Assembly: GCA_951406725.2 (NCBI GenBank)
Contig: OX597815.1
Coordinates: forward strand, 135,656,001 to 135,720,000
Source: Octopus vulgaris
Taxonomy: Eukaryota
Length of the DNA stretch: 64,000 bases
Direction: 5' to 3'
Shown here: piece by piece, positions 26,100-39,096 of the stretch
Position numbering within the stretch: the first letter of the stretch is position 1
Layout: each line of letters opens with the position of its first letter
Made by a program: the position numbers and the translations under genes
Notes under the pieces: generated by a model
The model's database searches: none
The model's input: the letters and a program-made list of their open reading frames with translations, nothing else
Told to the model about the DNA's origin: nothing

Positions 26100-27100
26100 T
26101 GTATAAATGACACAGAAAGCAAAGTTTTACTTACCTCGAACGCTCGTTTCAATGTTCTTTGAGCGCTAAACGGTGGGTAAACGGGCAAGGGTGGCTCTGT
26201 ATGGCGCATTGAGTACTTTACTAGGTTGGTTGTTGTGTTTGTTACATGTAGTTTAGTGTGGTTTGGAAGTTGCTTGATAGTTTATTGTTTTACTGGTATA
26301 GTTTAGACTGGTAATCTGTTTATTGACTGCTATTTTGTTCTTTGTCTTTCGGGTGGTGAATGAGTGGAAAAAAATTACTCTTTTGAAAATGGTGGGTAGT
26401 TATTGGGTATGTTTCGCAGTTCCGGTTACCTGTAGGTATAGGTTAATTTGGCATCTTCTGTATAGCAAGTAAGTGGGTTGGTTGATATTACTTGTGTAGT
26501 TTGCAATTACGTAGAGAGCATGTTTGCAAACTTTGATAACTTCTAGTAATCATTCAGAGGCGACTGCGGTTATCTGTGACTTATGAGTTAAGTGGACGAT
26601 TCTGAAAATATTGCAAAAGTTGTTGGTTACTGCGGATGTATTGCAAAGTTAGCAAGTAGCTGTAGATGTTTTGTGTGGCCCGAGGTTAAGTTTAAACCTG
26701 CTGTACTGATGACGAGTAGATCTAAAAAAAATAGATAACCTGGTTGGTATACATGGAAATCCTGGGTGGATGGATAAGTGTTGAGAGTTTTTCAGGTAAC
26801 GGTAAAATCGTTGTTCGAACAGTGAATAACGAATGAACTATAAAACTGATGTGAGAGCAAAGGAATGACAAGAATGGGTAACTTAGTGAGTCTTCGGGTA
26901 AGCTCGTTACATGTTATTAGGTTAGCAGGTAACTGCAACCAGGAATCGTAGATGTGACTCTTGTCTGAGGTTAGCATGTGATTCGGCACATGTGGGAACT
27001 GAACAACTTCGAACTTGTTACAATTAAGAAGCATCAACGAATTCTGTTGTGAGGTAGCTTATGAAACTGTTACGGGAGACCGTGAAAATCTGTAGTAAAG
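26100..27100 (-). mobile_element. Very decayed Penelope-like RT remnant
   Basis: Minus translation YLQVTGTAKHTQ*LPT (~26440-26392) resembles the PLE RT motif YxQxxGTAMGTxxAP. Boundaries are approximate. Confidence 0.35.
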
Positions 27101-28276
27101 CCAACAATAAACTTAGTATTAGTTTAAAGAGTTGTGTTGTAAAGTAAATTTGAACCTGTGCTGTGAATATCGAACTTCGAGTGAATTTGGTTTTCTTTTG
27201 AGTATGAAGCCAGCGATTAAGTCAGTTTTTGTTGTAGGAATAGCGTGTATTTGTGAATCTGTTGTAGTGCGAGCAAGCAGCAGCGAAGCTGTTGTGAGAA
27301 TAGCGTGTAGTTTGCTACCTGTTGGTGATAGTTTGCAGCTGATGTGGAATCAAATTAGAGACCTGAAGTGATGCAGAAGCAGTCTACATCGTTATTATGC
27401 TTATATCAAGTTGACTGGTTGGTAGGTAGGTGAGTTGTTTTTATCAATGAACTTGCACTTCGTTTAGACTACAACTTTTTGCTTACTGGAGATCTAATAA
27501 AGAGAAAGAAAAGATACGTATGTAACATGTAGTCAGATATATTAGAATCTGAAATATGAATTAGTGTGCGCGCTTGCTTGCGTGTGTATGTATTTATTTA
27601 TATTTATATGCATGTCTGTGTGCATGCGTCTGTCAGTATCTATATGTATCAGTGTAGGCCAATGCACGCCTAGGTAACGTGCATTTGTATGTGACTGTGT
27701 GTGTGTGTTTCTCTATGTATTTTTACCGCTATCAATTTTTCCTGTTTGCACCTATCTATATACATGTGTATCAGTGTGTCAGTACATGTATACCTGTGAA
27801 TATGTCTTTCCATGTGCGTGTGTCTGTGAAACCACGTATATTTACGTGTGCATCGAAATTTCTACCCGTTTAATGTGCGTTCGGGTATATGTACGTGATT
27901 ATGTGTGCGTGCGTGTGTGTTTGTGTGTGACTACGTGTGTGTCTGTATATCTGGAATGTGTACATATATATATATATGCGAGTGAACCTATCTGTAGCTA
28001 TGTATAACTGTGTGTACATACGCACGTTCATGTGTATGTGTATATGTATTTGTGAAAGAATGTATGCTTAAGTAAAGGCATCAGAGTTACTATTTATACA
28101 TGTGTCCGCCATTATGCATGTGCATACCCGTGTGTGTATTTGTGCATGTTTTGTAAATGTTTAAAGTAAATATGTGTAATACATCAAAGAAACTCACTCA
28201 CTGACATACATAAACACACATAACAAAACTCAATATTTTCAACAGTTATGAAGAGGGAAACCGAAAAATACAGAGG

Positions 28277-28310
<34 letters not shown>

Positions 28311-28356
28311 GTGTTTGTGTGTGGTGTGATTGTGTGCGTGCGCGTGTGAGTGTGTA

Positions 28357-28499
<143 letters not shown>

Positions 28500-28504
28500 A
28501 TCTA

Positions 28505-28543
<39 letters not shown>

Positions 28544-28802
28544 AAAAATGAACATTATCAATTAAATAAAAAAAAATTCCATATGTGGCTGAAGATTGCT
28601 CTACATTTTAAAACTGATGTAATACTTACATTGTTTAATTAAATGAAGTAGCATGAAACGATTGTACTACACTACCTTTGGATATCCTTATTGTTTATTT
28701 TGATTATAATCACCCCATTTGATTTATATGGATAATACCATACCAAATTCTGGTGCCTTTAACTTAAGTACCATATTCATCTAAATCTAAATTTTTGCTG
28801 AA

Positions 28803-29383
<581 letters not shown>

Positions 29384-30109
29384 GTATGTATTATGTATGT
29401 ATGTATGTATGTATGTTTGTTTGTATTTGTGTCTGTGTTTATTCCACCACCAGAGAGAGAGAGAGAGGGAGAGAGATGAAGAGACAGGAAGAGAGAGGGG
29501 GGAGAGGGAGAGAAAGTATGAGAGAAAGAAAAAGGAGAGAGAGGGGGAGAGAGATGAAGAGAGAGGGAGAGAGAGAGGAAGAGAAAGGAAGAGAGAGAAA
29601 AAGGAGGGAAAGGAGGGCGGGAGTGAGAAATTGAATACAGAGTTGTTAAGACCCAGAATTCAAATGAACTGTGTTTCTTACTGAATCTAAAGCTACACTA
29701 TCCAATGTGACATCAGCTTTTTGGGGGGTAGCAGGTGCGTCATCTCAGGAATTTTGGGCTACTGTTTCTATCAGCCAGAAACGTCGGAGTATCGGACAGA
29801 AAGGATTCAACCATTTTTGCACTCTGAGTTCAAATCACGCTGAGGGTAATCATTAGTTTTTATCCTCTTTGCGTCTATTAGAAAGCGCCAGTTCTCTCTT
29901 CCACTAGCTACTACATTCTTGAAGCTCCATTCGATCAAGCAGATATCTGTTTCTGTTCGAAACTACATGGGCACCAAGATCCATTAGCAATAAATAAATA
30001 AATAAATAAATAAATAGATAAATAATGGTACACGAGGATACCAAGTCAATTTCGATTGCGAGTGACGGCAGTAGTTTTTAACTTATTCATTTCTTACGAC
30101 TTGTCTTGT

Positions 30110-30400
30110 CTAAAACAAAAGACACTCCTGCTTTGCCTCTGCGCACATCTTGGACAGTTCCATTTGACAGCGCTTCCGTGCATGTAGAGCTTATTTCGAA
30201 CTGGCAGTATTCCTCGGTAGCACTTCTAGGCAGGGGATTTTTGGAAGATAGCCGTGGTGGTGCCAGGCCCGAAACTCATTCGGAAGAGACCAGCTACTTC
30301 ATTTTCATCGAGGTCTAGTTTCTCCAAGAACATTGCTTTCACCCAGTATAGCTAATTTCCCAAAATCTCTAGCCTAGCAGTGCTACCAAAGAGCACTGCT
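30110..30400 (-). mobile_element. Tx1/L1-clade LINE C-terminal zinc-knuckle fragment
   Basis: Minus translation A*KCYRGILPVRNKLYMHGSAVKWNCPRCAQ matches the LPVRxxL...CPRC zf-RVT pattern. Confidence 0.55.
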
Positions 30401-30487
30401 AGTTCAAAATAAACTCTACATGCACGGAATTTTATAAATCTTTTTGTCCATTCCCTCGCATTCAACCTTATGTTATAAAAAGAGAAC

Positions 30488-30737
30488 GACGACCGGTAAA
30501 TACTCAGAAACCCGGGTCCGTACGTATCACGTCAGGTCGACGATGGGAAGGATGGCTTCCTTTTGCAAATACTGATAGGGCACAGAAAGTGTGTCAATAA
30601 CCACCCGGAGAAGATGTTCTCCTGGGGCTACAAGCTACAGTAGCATCCAACCTTAGTGGTTAGCCACATTTAAGTAACAAATATACTTCACATTGTCGTG
30701 CAGCTACTGTTTATATCTCATTCAGAGATTTATTATT
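30488..30737 (+). mobile_element. Inserted 250-bp piece of the 358-bp hammerhead-bearing tandem family
   Basis: Homologous to 42496-42702 plus 42345-42387. It interrupts one copy of a local duplication whose sister reads uninterrupted gagaac|aaatttag at 31251-31264. Confidence 0.8.
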
Positions 30738-31130
30738 AAATTTAGTGTGGCTTGTAGACATTTGACATCTGCTTCTAGCGTATTGGGGTTGGCCATCCAG
30801 CGCCTTTAATTATAAGTATATTTTTATAACTATATACTAAAAAATTAATTTTAACGACCTGGTGTTTTTTGGTACGATAGCCACTGATATAATCATTTTA
30901 ATGATTATATCCTCAATCTATGCGTATATATATTTTTGAGTTCTTTTGTTATTATATTTTACTCCGGTACTATATTCACTCCGGCACTATTTCTGGCATT
31001 AACCACATAGCTGAGACGGGCGATTAGCTATAATATATACACGGAAAATGCATTTTTTTTAATTGATATTTGTACGTAGAAATTTATTGGTATGTATATG
31101 TATTTCTCACTTATACATTGTCAGTGTATT

Positions 31131-31188
31131 TCTACTGAAGAATGTAAAGTAATTTTTATTACAGAACACGAAATCTTAAGATAGAGAG
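31131..31188 (+). ncRNA. Type I hammerhead ribozyme-like motif
   Basis: CTGAAGA (31135-31141), stem II tgt..gtaat/attac..aca, GAAA (31170-31173), palindromic stem III ATCTTAAGAT and cleavage triplet AUA. Stem I is weak. Confidence 0.55.
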
Positions 31189-31469
31189 TTATCTGAAATT
31201 ATATAAATGTTCTTGTCGATTGCCTCGCGTCCAGCCTTGTGTTATAAAAGGAGAACAAATTTAGAGTGGCTTGCAGACATTTCATATCTACTTCTAGTGT
31301 ATTGTCGTTGGCCCTCCAGCGTCCTTAATTATAATTATGTTTTTATAATTATATACTTAAAAATTAATTTTACCGATATGGCGATCTTTTATACGCCAGT
31401 CATTGATATCATCATTTTAACGTTTACCTCTGATATAATCATCTTAATGATTATATCCTCAATTTATAC

Positions 31470-31509
<40 letters not shown>

Positions 31510-31860
31510 GCTACTGCAAAGCATTCACCGACTGGATCCCTCGACCGGCAGAGGGCTCCTGACAACATTCCACATGCCAGGTACTTCATCTTGGTCTTCT
31601 CTTGACCCAGGATTGGAGTTCCATCAAAGAGATGACCTGCTGCAAGGCAAATCTTACAAAGACCACACTGGCTTACTGTCCGGGACAATCTATAAGTAGC
31701 GTAGCCGTATGTCTGCATTACAACCATGGCATGCTTAACCCGCTATCCAGAGGGCGCTGGCAACAATTGGTCCGCCTGACTCATGAGAACGCACAGGAAG
31801 CGAAAAAGTAAACGTTCCAATTTGGCCAAACAAGATACAAGGACCGTTGTACATTGTCAT
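31510..31860 (-). mobile_element. Possible non-LTR RT fragment
   Basis: ORF 31464-31727 contains LFDGTPILGQEKTKMKYLA, resembling the IDGxPI....KYLG post-RT motif. It is a GC-richer island. Confidence 0.3.
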
Positions 31861-31864
31861 CGTT

Positions 31865-32054
31865 CCTTTCTACTATAAGCACAATGCCTGAAATGTAGGA
31901 GAGAGGGCTATTTGATTACATGAACCCCAGTACTTGATTTGCCCTAATTTTATCGACCCCAAAAAGATGAAAGGCAAAGTCGACCTCGTAAAGTCGGACG
32001 AAATGCCGCTAAGCATTTTATCCGGCGTGCTAACGATTCTGCTAGCTTGCCGCC

Positions 32055-32058
<4 letters not shown>
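31865..32058 (-). mobile_element. SINE family A copy, head abutting (TAA)n
   Basis: aaagatgaaaggcaaagtcgacctcg...gcgtgctaacgattctgctagcttgccgcctt. Confidence 0.85.
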
Positions 32059-32106
<48 letters not shown>

Positions 32107-32107
<1 letters not shown>

Positions 32108-32366
32108 GGGCAGAAATTCAAAAGGTAGTGCTCATGGGAACTGCTCATATCCTATGCAAAATACTTTCTATGTAATCTCAAGTTTGAAAACAAACATAAT
32201 TTTCGTATGGTTCTTTAGGCATTCACTAGTACAACACTAAGTACAAAGCCAAATATATGGCACCCTAGGCATAACACCAACATGAACTTCCAACTTGTTG
32301 TCTCTTGAGGTCGCTCGGTGAGACTTGGAGCCAGCTTGTGCAAATGTAAAGCAAAAGTCAAACATA

Positions 32367-32368
<2 letters not shown>
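32107..32368 (+). mobile_element. Severely 5'-truncated R4/Dong-like LINE (ORF C-terminus + 3' UTR) inside (TAA)n
   Basis: AEIQKVVLMGTAHILCKILSM* matches the RLE-LINE C-terminal QKxxLxGTAxILRxxL. Pure (TAA)n lies on both sides (32057-32106 and 32369-32415). Confidence 0.75.
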
Positions 32369-32415
<47 letters not shown>

Positions 32416-32416
<1 letters not shown>

Positions 32417-32615
32417 GTTTCAAATTTTGCCACAAGGGCAGCCATTTTGGAGGAGAAGATGAGTCAATTATATCGACTTCAGTGTTTAAATGGTACTTAT
32501 TTTATCGACCCCGAAAGGTTGAAAGGCTAAGTTGACCTCGGTGGAATTTGAATTCAGATCGGAGCGTCGGGCAAAATACCGCAATACCGCTAAGCATTTC
32601 GTTCAGCTGGCCACC

Positions 32616-32618
<3 letters not shown>
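32416..32618 (-). mobile_element. SINE family A copy between (TAA)n tracts
   Basis: tttatcgaccccgaaaggttgaaaggctaagttgacctcggtggaatttgaattcag. Confidence 0.8.
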
Positions 32619-32682
<64 letters not shown>

Positions 32683-33529
32683 AGAGTGCACATTCAAAAC
32701 GAAACAAAAAGTATCCGGTGACATACGGAAAAAAAAAACATACAACAAACATGAAAATATCACAAAAGAACTCGCTACATACAAAGCCAAGATCCAACCA
32801 AAAGAAAGAAAACAACAGAAATGACCTTACATACAATAAGTGAGACCCATAAACAAAAGAAAAATACTATAAAAGCCAATACAATAAACAAACAAGGTAA
32901 TAGAGCAAATCACAGTCGAACAGAAGAAAATAACTAAAATCAATAAAGATGAAGACCATAAAGCTCTCATAGAAATATTGAAGCAAAATACACAGTCACA
33001 ACAAAAGTAAACTCTCTCACACCACGCCTGATAACAATTACGCATTAAAAACACACATCACAACAGAGCAACCGGGGTTTAATTCAGACAATAGAAGAGA
33101 AAATTAGAAAAATCAATGACTATGGATAAAGGTAAACACTTGATTAATTTATAAAAAACTAACAAGAAGTTTTAGGGAAAAACAAATAATTAAGCGAAAA
33201 AAACAGGCTGGATGTCGATAGAGTGTATGATCTGATGTATTTAGCAGCAGTGATATTACAGAAGGAAACTTGATAATAATAGAGTTAGACCTGCAGCCAA
33301 AACTCATCATGGAAAAATGGGAAGTACCCATGATGTATGAAACTGAGCGAAAATAATAATAATAAAAATCAGAAAGAAAAGATCTGTACTTAGCAAAATG
33401 AAAGAAAAGGAGTCGGTATGAAAAAGAAGCACACAATGAAATGACTAAAAGAACTGCTTAAACAAACCTATGAGTGAAAAAGCATATACCGTATATTTCA
33501 AATAAATGTTATAAGATTCAGCAGAGACA

Positions 33530-33688
33530 AATAGCAGGCATGGTTTTGTGGTTAAGAATCTCCTTTCACAGCAACCTAGTTTTGGTTCAGTTTCACTACG
33601 TGGCACCTTAGGCAAGTGTTTTCTACCATAGCTCCGAGCCGACTTATTACCTTGTAATTGAATTTGGTCGTGGAACTACGGAAACCCG

Positions 33689-33690
<2 letters not shown>
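33530..33690 (+). mobile_element. SINE family B 5' half (degenerate)
   Basis: ggttcagtttcactacgtggcaccttaggcaagtgttttctaccatagctc. Confidence 0.7.
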
Positions 33691-33727
<37 letters not shown>

Positions 33728-33793
33728 GGTCCCGGGTTGATTCGGGGTTAACCACAGTAGATAAGGTACTCAATACATAGCAGAGTAAAATTA

Positions 33794-33915
33794 ATTTATT
33801 ATATAGAAGGAGCTTCTACAGGACTAGAACTGTTTCATTCAAGAGAAATCTTCCTGAAGATTTCTCTTGAATGAAACAGTTCTAGTCCTGTAGAAGCTCC
33901 TTCTATATAATAAAT
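33794..33915. repeat. Perfect 60-bp-arm palindrome (2-nt spacer) from a Penelope-type pLTR end
   Basis: 33794-33853 is the exact reverse complement of 33856-33915. The insert (33724-33915) is flanked by (TA)n. Confidence 0.95.
33850..33896 (+). ncRNA. Type I hammerhead ribozyme
   Basis: Stem I cttc/gaag, CTGAAGA 33854-33860, stem II ttc-tctt-gaa, GAAA 33873-33876, stem III acag/ctgt, cleavage triplet GUA (33890-33892). Confidence 0.7.
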
Positions 33916-33959
33916 ATATATATATATATATATATATGTATATTGGCAGGGCTGGCCTG

Positions 33960-34014
<55 letters not shown>

Positions 34015-34017
<3 letters not shown>

Positions 34018-34411
34018 TCTTTTACTTGTTTCAGTCATTTGACTGCGGCCATGCTGGAGCACCGCCTTTAATCGAGCAACTCGACCCCAGGTCTTATTCT
34101 TTGTTAGCCCAGTACTTATTCTATCGATCTCTTTTGCCGAGCCGCTAAGTGACGGGGACATAAACACACCAGCATCGGTTGTCAAGCAATGCTAGGGGGA
34201 CAAACACAGACACACACACACATGCACATACATATATATACATATATACGACGGGCTTCTTTCAGTTTCCGTCTACCAAATCCACTCACAAGTCTTTGGT
34301 TGGCTCGAGGCTATAGTAGAAGACACTTGCCCAAGGTGCCACGCAGTGGGACTGAACCTGGAACCATGTGGTTGGTAAACAAGCTACTTACCACACAGCC
34401 ACTCCTGCGCC

Positions 34412-34412
<1 letters not shown>
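34015..34412 (-). mobile_element. SINE family B, near full length
   Basis: Minus head aggcgcaggagtggctgtgtggtaagtagc...ggttcagtccc (A/B-box-like), then a CORE-like gtggcaccttgggcaagtgtctt. Flanked by (TA)n. Confidence 0.9.
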
Positions 34413-34509
<97 letters not shown>

Positions 34510-35151
34510 ATATAAATTGGACATGGGCGATCGTTGCATTCTTTCTTGTCTAGAGGTTCACAGCCAAATGGCCGGGAGGATTTGTGTGGAAAATGGCATA
34601 CATATAGAGACGGATGCATAGATTGGAATGCAGTTTGTATTTTTTTCCTAGCTCCCATAGTCACTGAGAAATTCGTTTAAAGATTTTCTAATGAAATTCT
34701 CCTGTTTGTTCCGCCATTAAAACAACTAATTGCTCACACAGCAGGGGCACGCACACACACACACGCACACACACACACACACACACAACACACACACATA
34801 CATACACACACGCACACACACACACACACACGTGTCCATTTCATATATCTTCTTTCAATTTTTGCTCTGTAAATAAAATTTTTTATGGATACAACTGCTT
34901 ACAAATATAGGGATTAATGTATGTTTTAATGACTAGACAGAAGTCCGAAGAATAGCTCTCAGAAACAGACTACGTACAAATTTGTTCTTCACAACTCCTG
35001 AAGCTGTTTTCTGACAAGGGGGTGGGGAGTCAGGAAATTTTCCTACAGCTGAAGGCTCCAATTGAAACAGGGGACCCGAAATGATAAGATTTAGAAACGC
35101 TGTTATAGATTATGCCTAACTGAAAATGATCACAGCCACATCATCCGAACA

Positions 35152-35179
35152 GACCGGTTGAAACCGGGCTTAGCTGCTA

Positions 35180-35180
<1 letters not shown>
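35152..35180 (+). mobile_element. Helitron-type 3' terminus
   Basis: Hairpin ccggtt-ga-aaccgg, about 9 nt of spacer, then CTAG (35177-35180) followed by T. Confidence 0.55.
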
Positions 35181-35219
<39 letters not shown>

Positions 35220-35376
35220 ATATATTAATTTTTTTACCACTAAATTGCAGTATTAGCTTGTTTACGTCACCGCAACTTAGAGGTACCACTAACCCACCCC
35301 TCCTACTGTTGCTGTTACTGTTGCTGCAACCACTGCTGCTACTACACATAAAAACAATAATATCAGTGATATCAGA

Positions 35377-35497
<121 letters not shown>

Positions 35498-35517
35498 GTA
35501 ATAATAATAATAATAAA

Positions 35518-36077
35518 TGTCCTGATGCAGTACGAGGCAGTGACTCTCGTGGCTTCTCATCTTAACTGATTGGAAGTGTTATCATGTACATTGTTTTGTC
35601 TTGGCATAAAAGATGGGCTACAGCAAATATTCTGCTCAATACCACAGAGATGCTTGTCAGTTGCTTGACTTTAACCAGTTGAGCATGTACCTTAGTGGCT
35701 GACGATATGTGCATCTCTGATCACGAGCAGAAGGAGTGAGGGATCAAAATAGTCATGTGTTGAGAGGAATTCTTTGAGGTTTGGATAATTAACCTCTGGG
35801 AACATGGGTGTTTCGTTCAACATCCTTAAACAACCCTTACTCAGGGACCTTTTGAGCGGGATGGGTTACTCGACCAGAATAAAATTGTAACTGGGCCCCA
35901 CCTGCAAGGTCATGTGCTGTTTATCTTGATATGAGATCATCATGTTGCGCACATATGGTTGTGATGCATGTGCTTAGTGTACCCTTATCAGACGGGTAGT
36001 CATGATGGGTATACTGGGCTTCGTAATTTTTACCCCAGTGTCACTTTGATAGCATGCACTGCTCTCTCACTCACTCA
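35518..36077 (+). mobile_element. ~555-bp TAA-flanked element, copy 2
   Basis: (ATG)n(TAA)n on the left and (TAA)n on the right; homologous to copies 1, 3 and 4. Confidence 0.9.
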
Positions 36078-36089
36078 ATAATAATAATG

Positions 36090-36162
<73 letters not shown>

Positions 36163-36178
36163 TAATAATAATAACAAT

Positions 36179-36437
36179 AGTGTTCTTGAGCAAGACACTT
36201 TATTTCACGTTGCTCCAGTTCACTCAGCTGTAGAAATGAGTTGAGACGTCACAGGTGCCAAGCTGTATCGGCTGTTGCCTTTCCCTTGGACAACATCTGT
36301 GACATGGAGAGGGGAGGCCGGTATGCATGGGCGACTGCTGGTCTTCCATAAAACAACCTTGCCCAGACTTGTGCCTCAGAGGGTAACTCTCTAGGTGCAA
36401 ACCCATGGTCAGTGTTTGACCGAAGGGGGTCACCACC
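36179..36437 (+). mobile_element. 5'-truncated CORE-like SINE (family D) inside (TAA)n
   Basis: tgttcttgagcaagacactttatttcacgttgctccagttcactcagctgtagaaatgag; homologous to 63744-63992 on the minus strand. Confidence 0.75.
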
Positions 36438-36461
36438 AATAACAATAATAACAATAATAAC

Positions 36462-36519
<58 letters not shown>

Positions 36520-37074
36520 TGCCCTGATGCAGTACCAGGCAGTGGCTCTCATGGCTTCTGATCTTAACTGATTGGAAGTGTTATCATGTACATTGTTTTG
36601 TCTTGGTATAAAAGATGGGCTACAGCAAATATTCTGCTCAATACCACAGATTTGCTTGTCAGTTGTTTGACCTTAACCAGTTGAGCATGTCCCTTAGTGG
36701 CTGACGATATGTGCATCTCTGATCACGAGCAGAAGTAGTGGGGGAGCATCATAGCCATGTGTTGAGAGGGATGCTTTGGGGTTTGAATAGTTCACCTCTG
36801 GAAACATGGGTGGTTCTTTCAACATCCTTAAACAACCCTTATTCGGGGACCGTTTGAGCGGGATGGGCTACTCAACCTGAAGAAAATTCAAACTGGGCCC
36901 CACCTGCAAGGTCATGTGCTGTTTATCTTGATATGAGATCACCATGTCGCGCACATATGGTTGTGATGCATGTGCCTGGTGTACCTTTATCAGACGGGTA
37001 GTCATGATGGGTATATTGGGCTTCGTATATTTTACCCCAGTGTCACTTTGATAGCATGAACTGCTCTCTCACTC

Positions 37075-37075
<1 letters not shown>
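36520..37075 (+). mobile_element. ~555-bp TAA-flanked element, copy 3
   Basis: (TAA)n on both sides. Confidence 0.9.
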
Positions 37076-37136
<61 letters not shown>

Positions 37137-37161
37137 TAATAGTAATAACAATAATAATAAC

Positions 37162-37202
<41 letters not shown>

Positions 37203-37218
37203 TAACAACAACAACAAC

Positions 37219-37250
<32 letters not shown>

Positions 37251-37251
37251 C

Positions 37252-37304
<53 letters not shown>

Positions 37305-37979
37305 TAACATCGAAAAATACCTTAGGAATGAAAACCTTGGTTCGAAATTTCCTCAAGACACCTGATGAAGGCTGGAGGGTATAAATGCAAATAATGTAAA
37401 TAATGCACAATTAAATATTTACTATTGGTGTAGCTCTACCTCGGTAGTAAAGTTAGATTTATTGTGAAGATCGAGTTGACGGGTACTTCAAATTTTGCCT
37501 ATGAGCTTGTTTAAACAGCGAAAGAAAATTTCCTACTCGTGTTTACAAATAAAGAGAAAATTTTCATCAAGAGAATGGAGCGTGTGAGTTGGGTCTTAGT
37601 ATTTAAAAAAAAACATTTAGTGAAAGGATTTTTAAAAAACATTTCTTCAAGGCAGTAAGCAAAGTTTAGAAGTCAATAAAGTGTTTAAAGTTTAAGAAAT
37701 AGATTAAACAGATAAGTCAGTTGGAGAGTTGGTTGATGATAAAATTAGAGCGACTGTAGAACATAAGCAATAAAAAATAAACGCAAAAGGGGTGAGAAGG
37801 TTTAGTATGATCAGAATAGAACAGTACCTTATCAGGTACAACGTATCATGAAAATGAACTGACTTGTGCAACATTTTTATTCTAAAAGAGATAAAATGTT
37901 ATCGTCTTATAGGGTTTATAAGAAAACATTTAACTTCTTAAATAGTATGCGTGTATGTGTATATATTTCTAAAAAAGTA

Positions 37980-39096
37980 TACACAAAACTGAATGAAAAT
38001 GTCATTGTTTATTAAGATATATTTAATTTGCAAAATTTAGTAGAATCTACAAATAGTATCTAATAAATTTTTATGAACGTGTTTTCAAACTGATGATCGT
38101 ACTGGTTCAGTACTGGTTAATAACGCGAAGCAATGAAAAAAAAAAAACGGTTTGCGGTGTGAAATCTGCTGAATGTACAGGGTATTCGACTGAACCTTTT
38201 CGTCCAATCCACTCACTTGGAAAAATCCATCAGGGTAGGCACTTATATTAAAGTGGTAGAGAGGGGTGCACCCCATCTTGCTGAGAATAAAATTCCACAT
38301 CTTCAAAGTCCTCTTGAATGATCGGTATGACAAGTTGTTGCAACAAGTTCAAGTAAATGGAATCAGTTATAGTACCACCAACAAAGAATGGTCGAATCAA
38401 TCCTTTTGATGATGAGTCGCATCCATGATCTAACTCCTGGTAAATTAACATGGATGCTCCTCCGTAATATGTAGATTCTCAGATTCCCAGTATGTGCAAT
38501 TGCCATGCTTCATTGAGCTAATCTATTTAAATGTAGCCTCATCACTCCAAACATTCTTTGTTAGAATGTGTCCATCTAGATGTCTTGCCAAGTACTTTAC
38601 GCAAAACCACTCTCTTAGATCCAGGTCTAATGTTCATTGAGAGCAAGAGCTATTCCTGAAATGTATCTTTTTCAATGACAGTGCTTCAAAATGCGATTCT
38701 CGCTCGATTTTGAGATCCTTGTCTCACGACTTATTTGCTGCACGGATTTTCTTGAACTCTATCAGTACGTTTCTAGAACTCTTTCTTGCTTTGTAGGGCT
38801 TGTCGATATCCGCGGTATATCGCAACGTTTCTCGTAGACATTCTGAACTGTGCCATCCGCTTCAAACGTATCTCTAATTCAAGTTATGGTAAGTCGCGTT
38901 AGTGGATGTATTTGGAACTCCCACCTAAATTGTCCTTGTAGTTCTACTGTATTTTCAAACTTCCAGTGGCACTTTAATAGAAATTTCTTTTGTTCAAAGC
39001 TTAGTCTGACGCATTTAATTATTTCTAATGTTTAAATCTCAAAAGAAACGAAAATTAAGTGAATTAACAGCTGTTAAAGTAAGTATACCCTCTGTA
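37980..39096 (-). mobile_element. Decayed Tc1/mariner transposon, DUF4817-HTH rosa (DD41D)-like
   Basis: Minus translation gives [67 protein letters not shown] and WIGRKGSVEYPVHSADFTP. The terminus is TA-CAGAGGGT at 39096. The DD41D assignment is inferred from family motifs. Confidence 0.8.

Larger units (their letters stand above)
30430..31470 (+). repeat. Partial tandem duplication (unit ~520 bp excluding the insert) carrying a hammerhead motif; Penelope pLTR-like
   Basis: 30452-30487 plus 30738-30930 aligns with 31221-31470; ends in (TA)n. Confidence 0.7.

Noticed and set aside
26706-26730. CTGATGA as a hammerhead core
   Set aside because: No stem II or GAAA follows.
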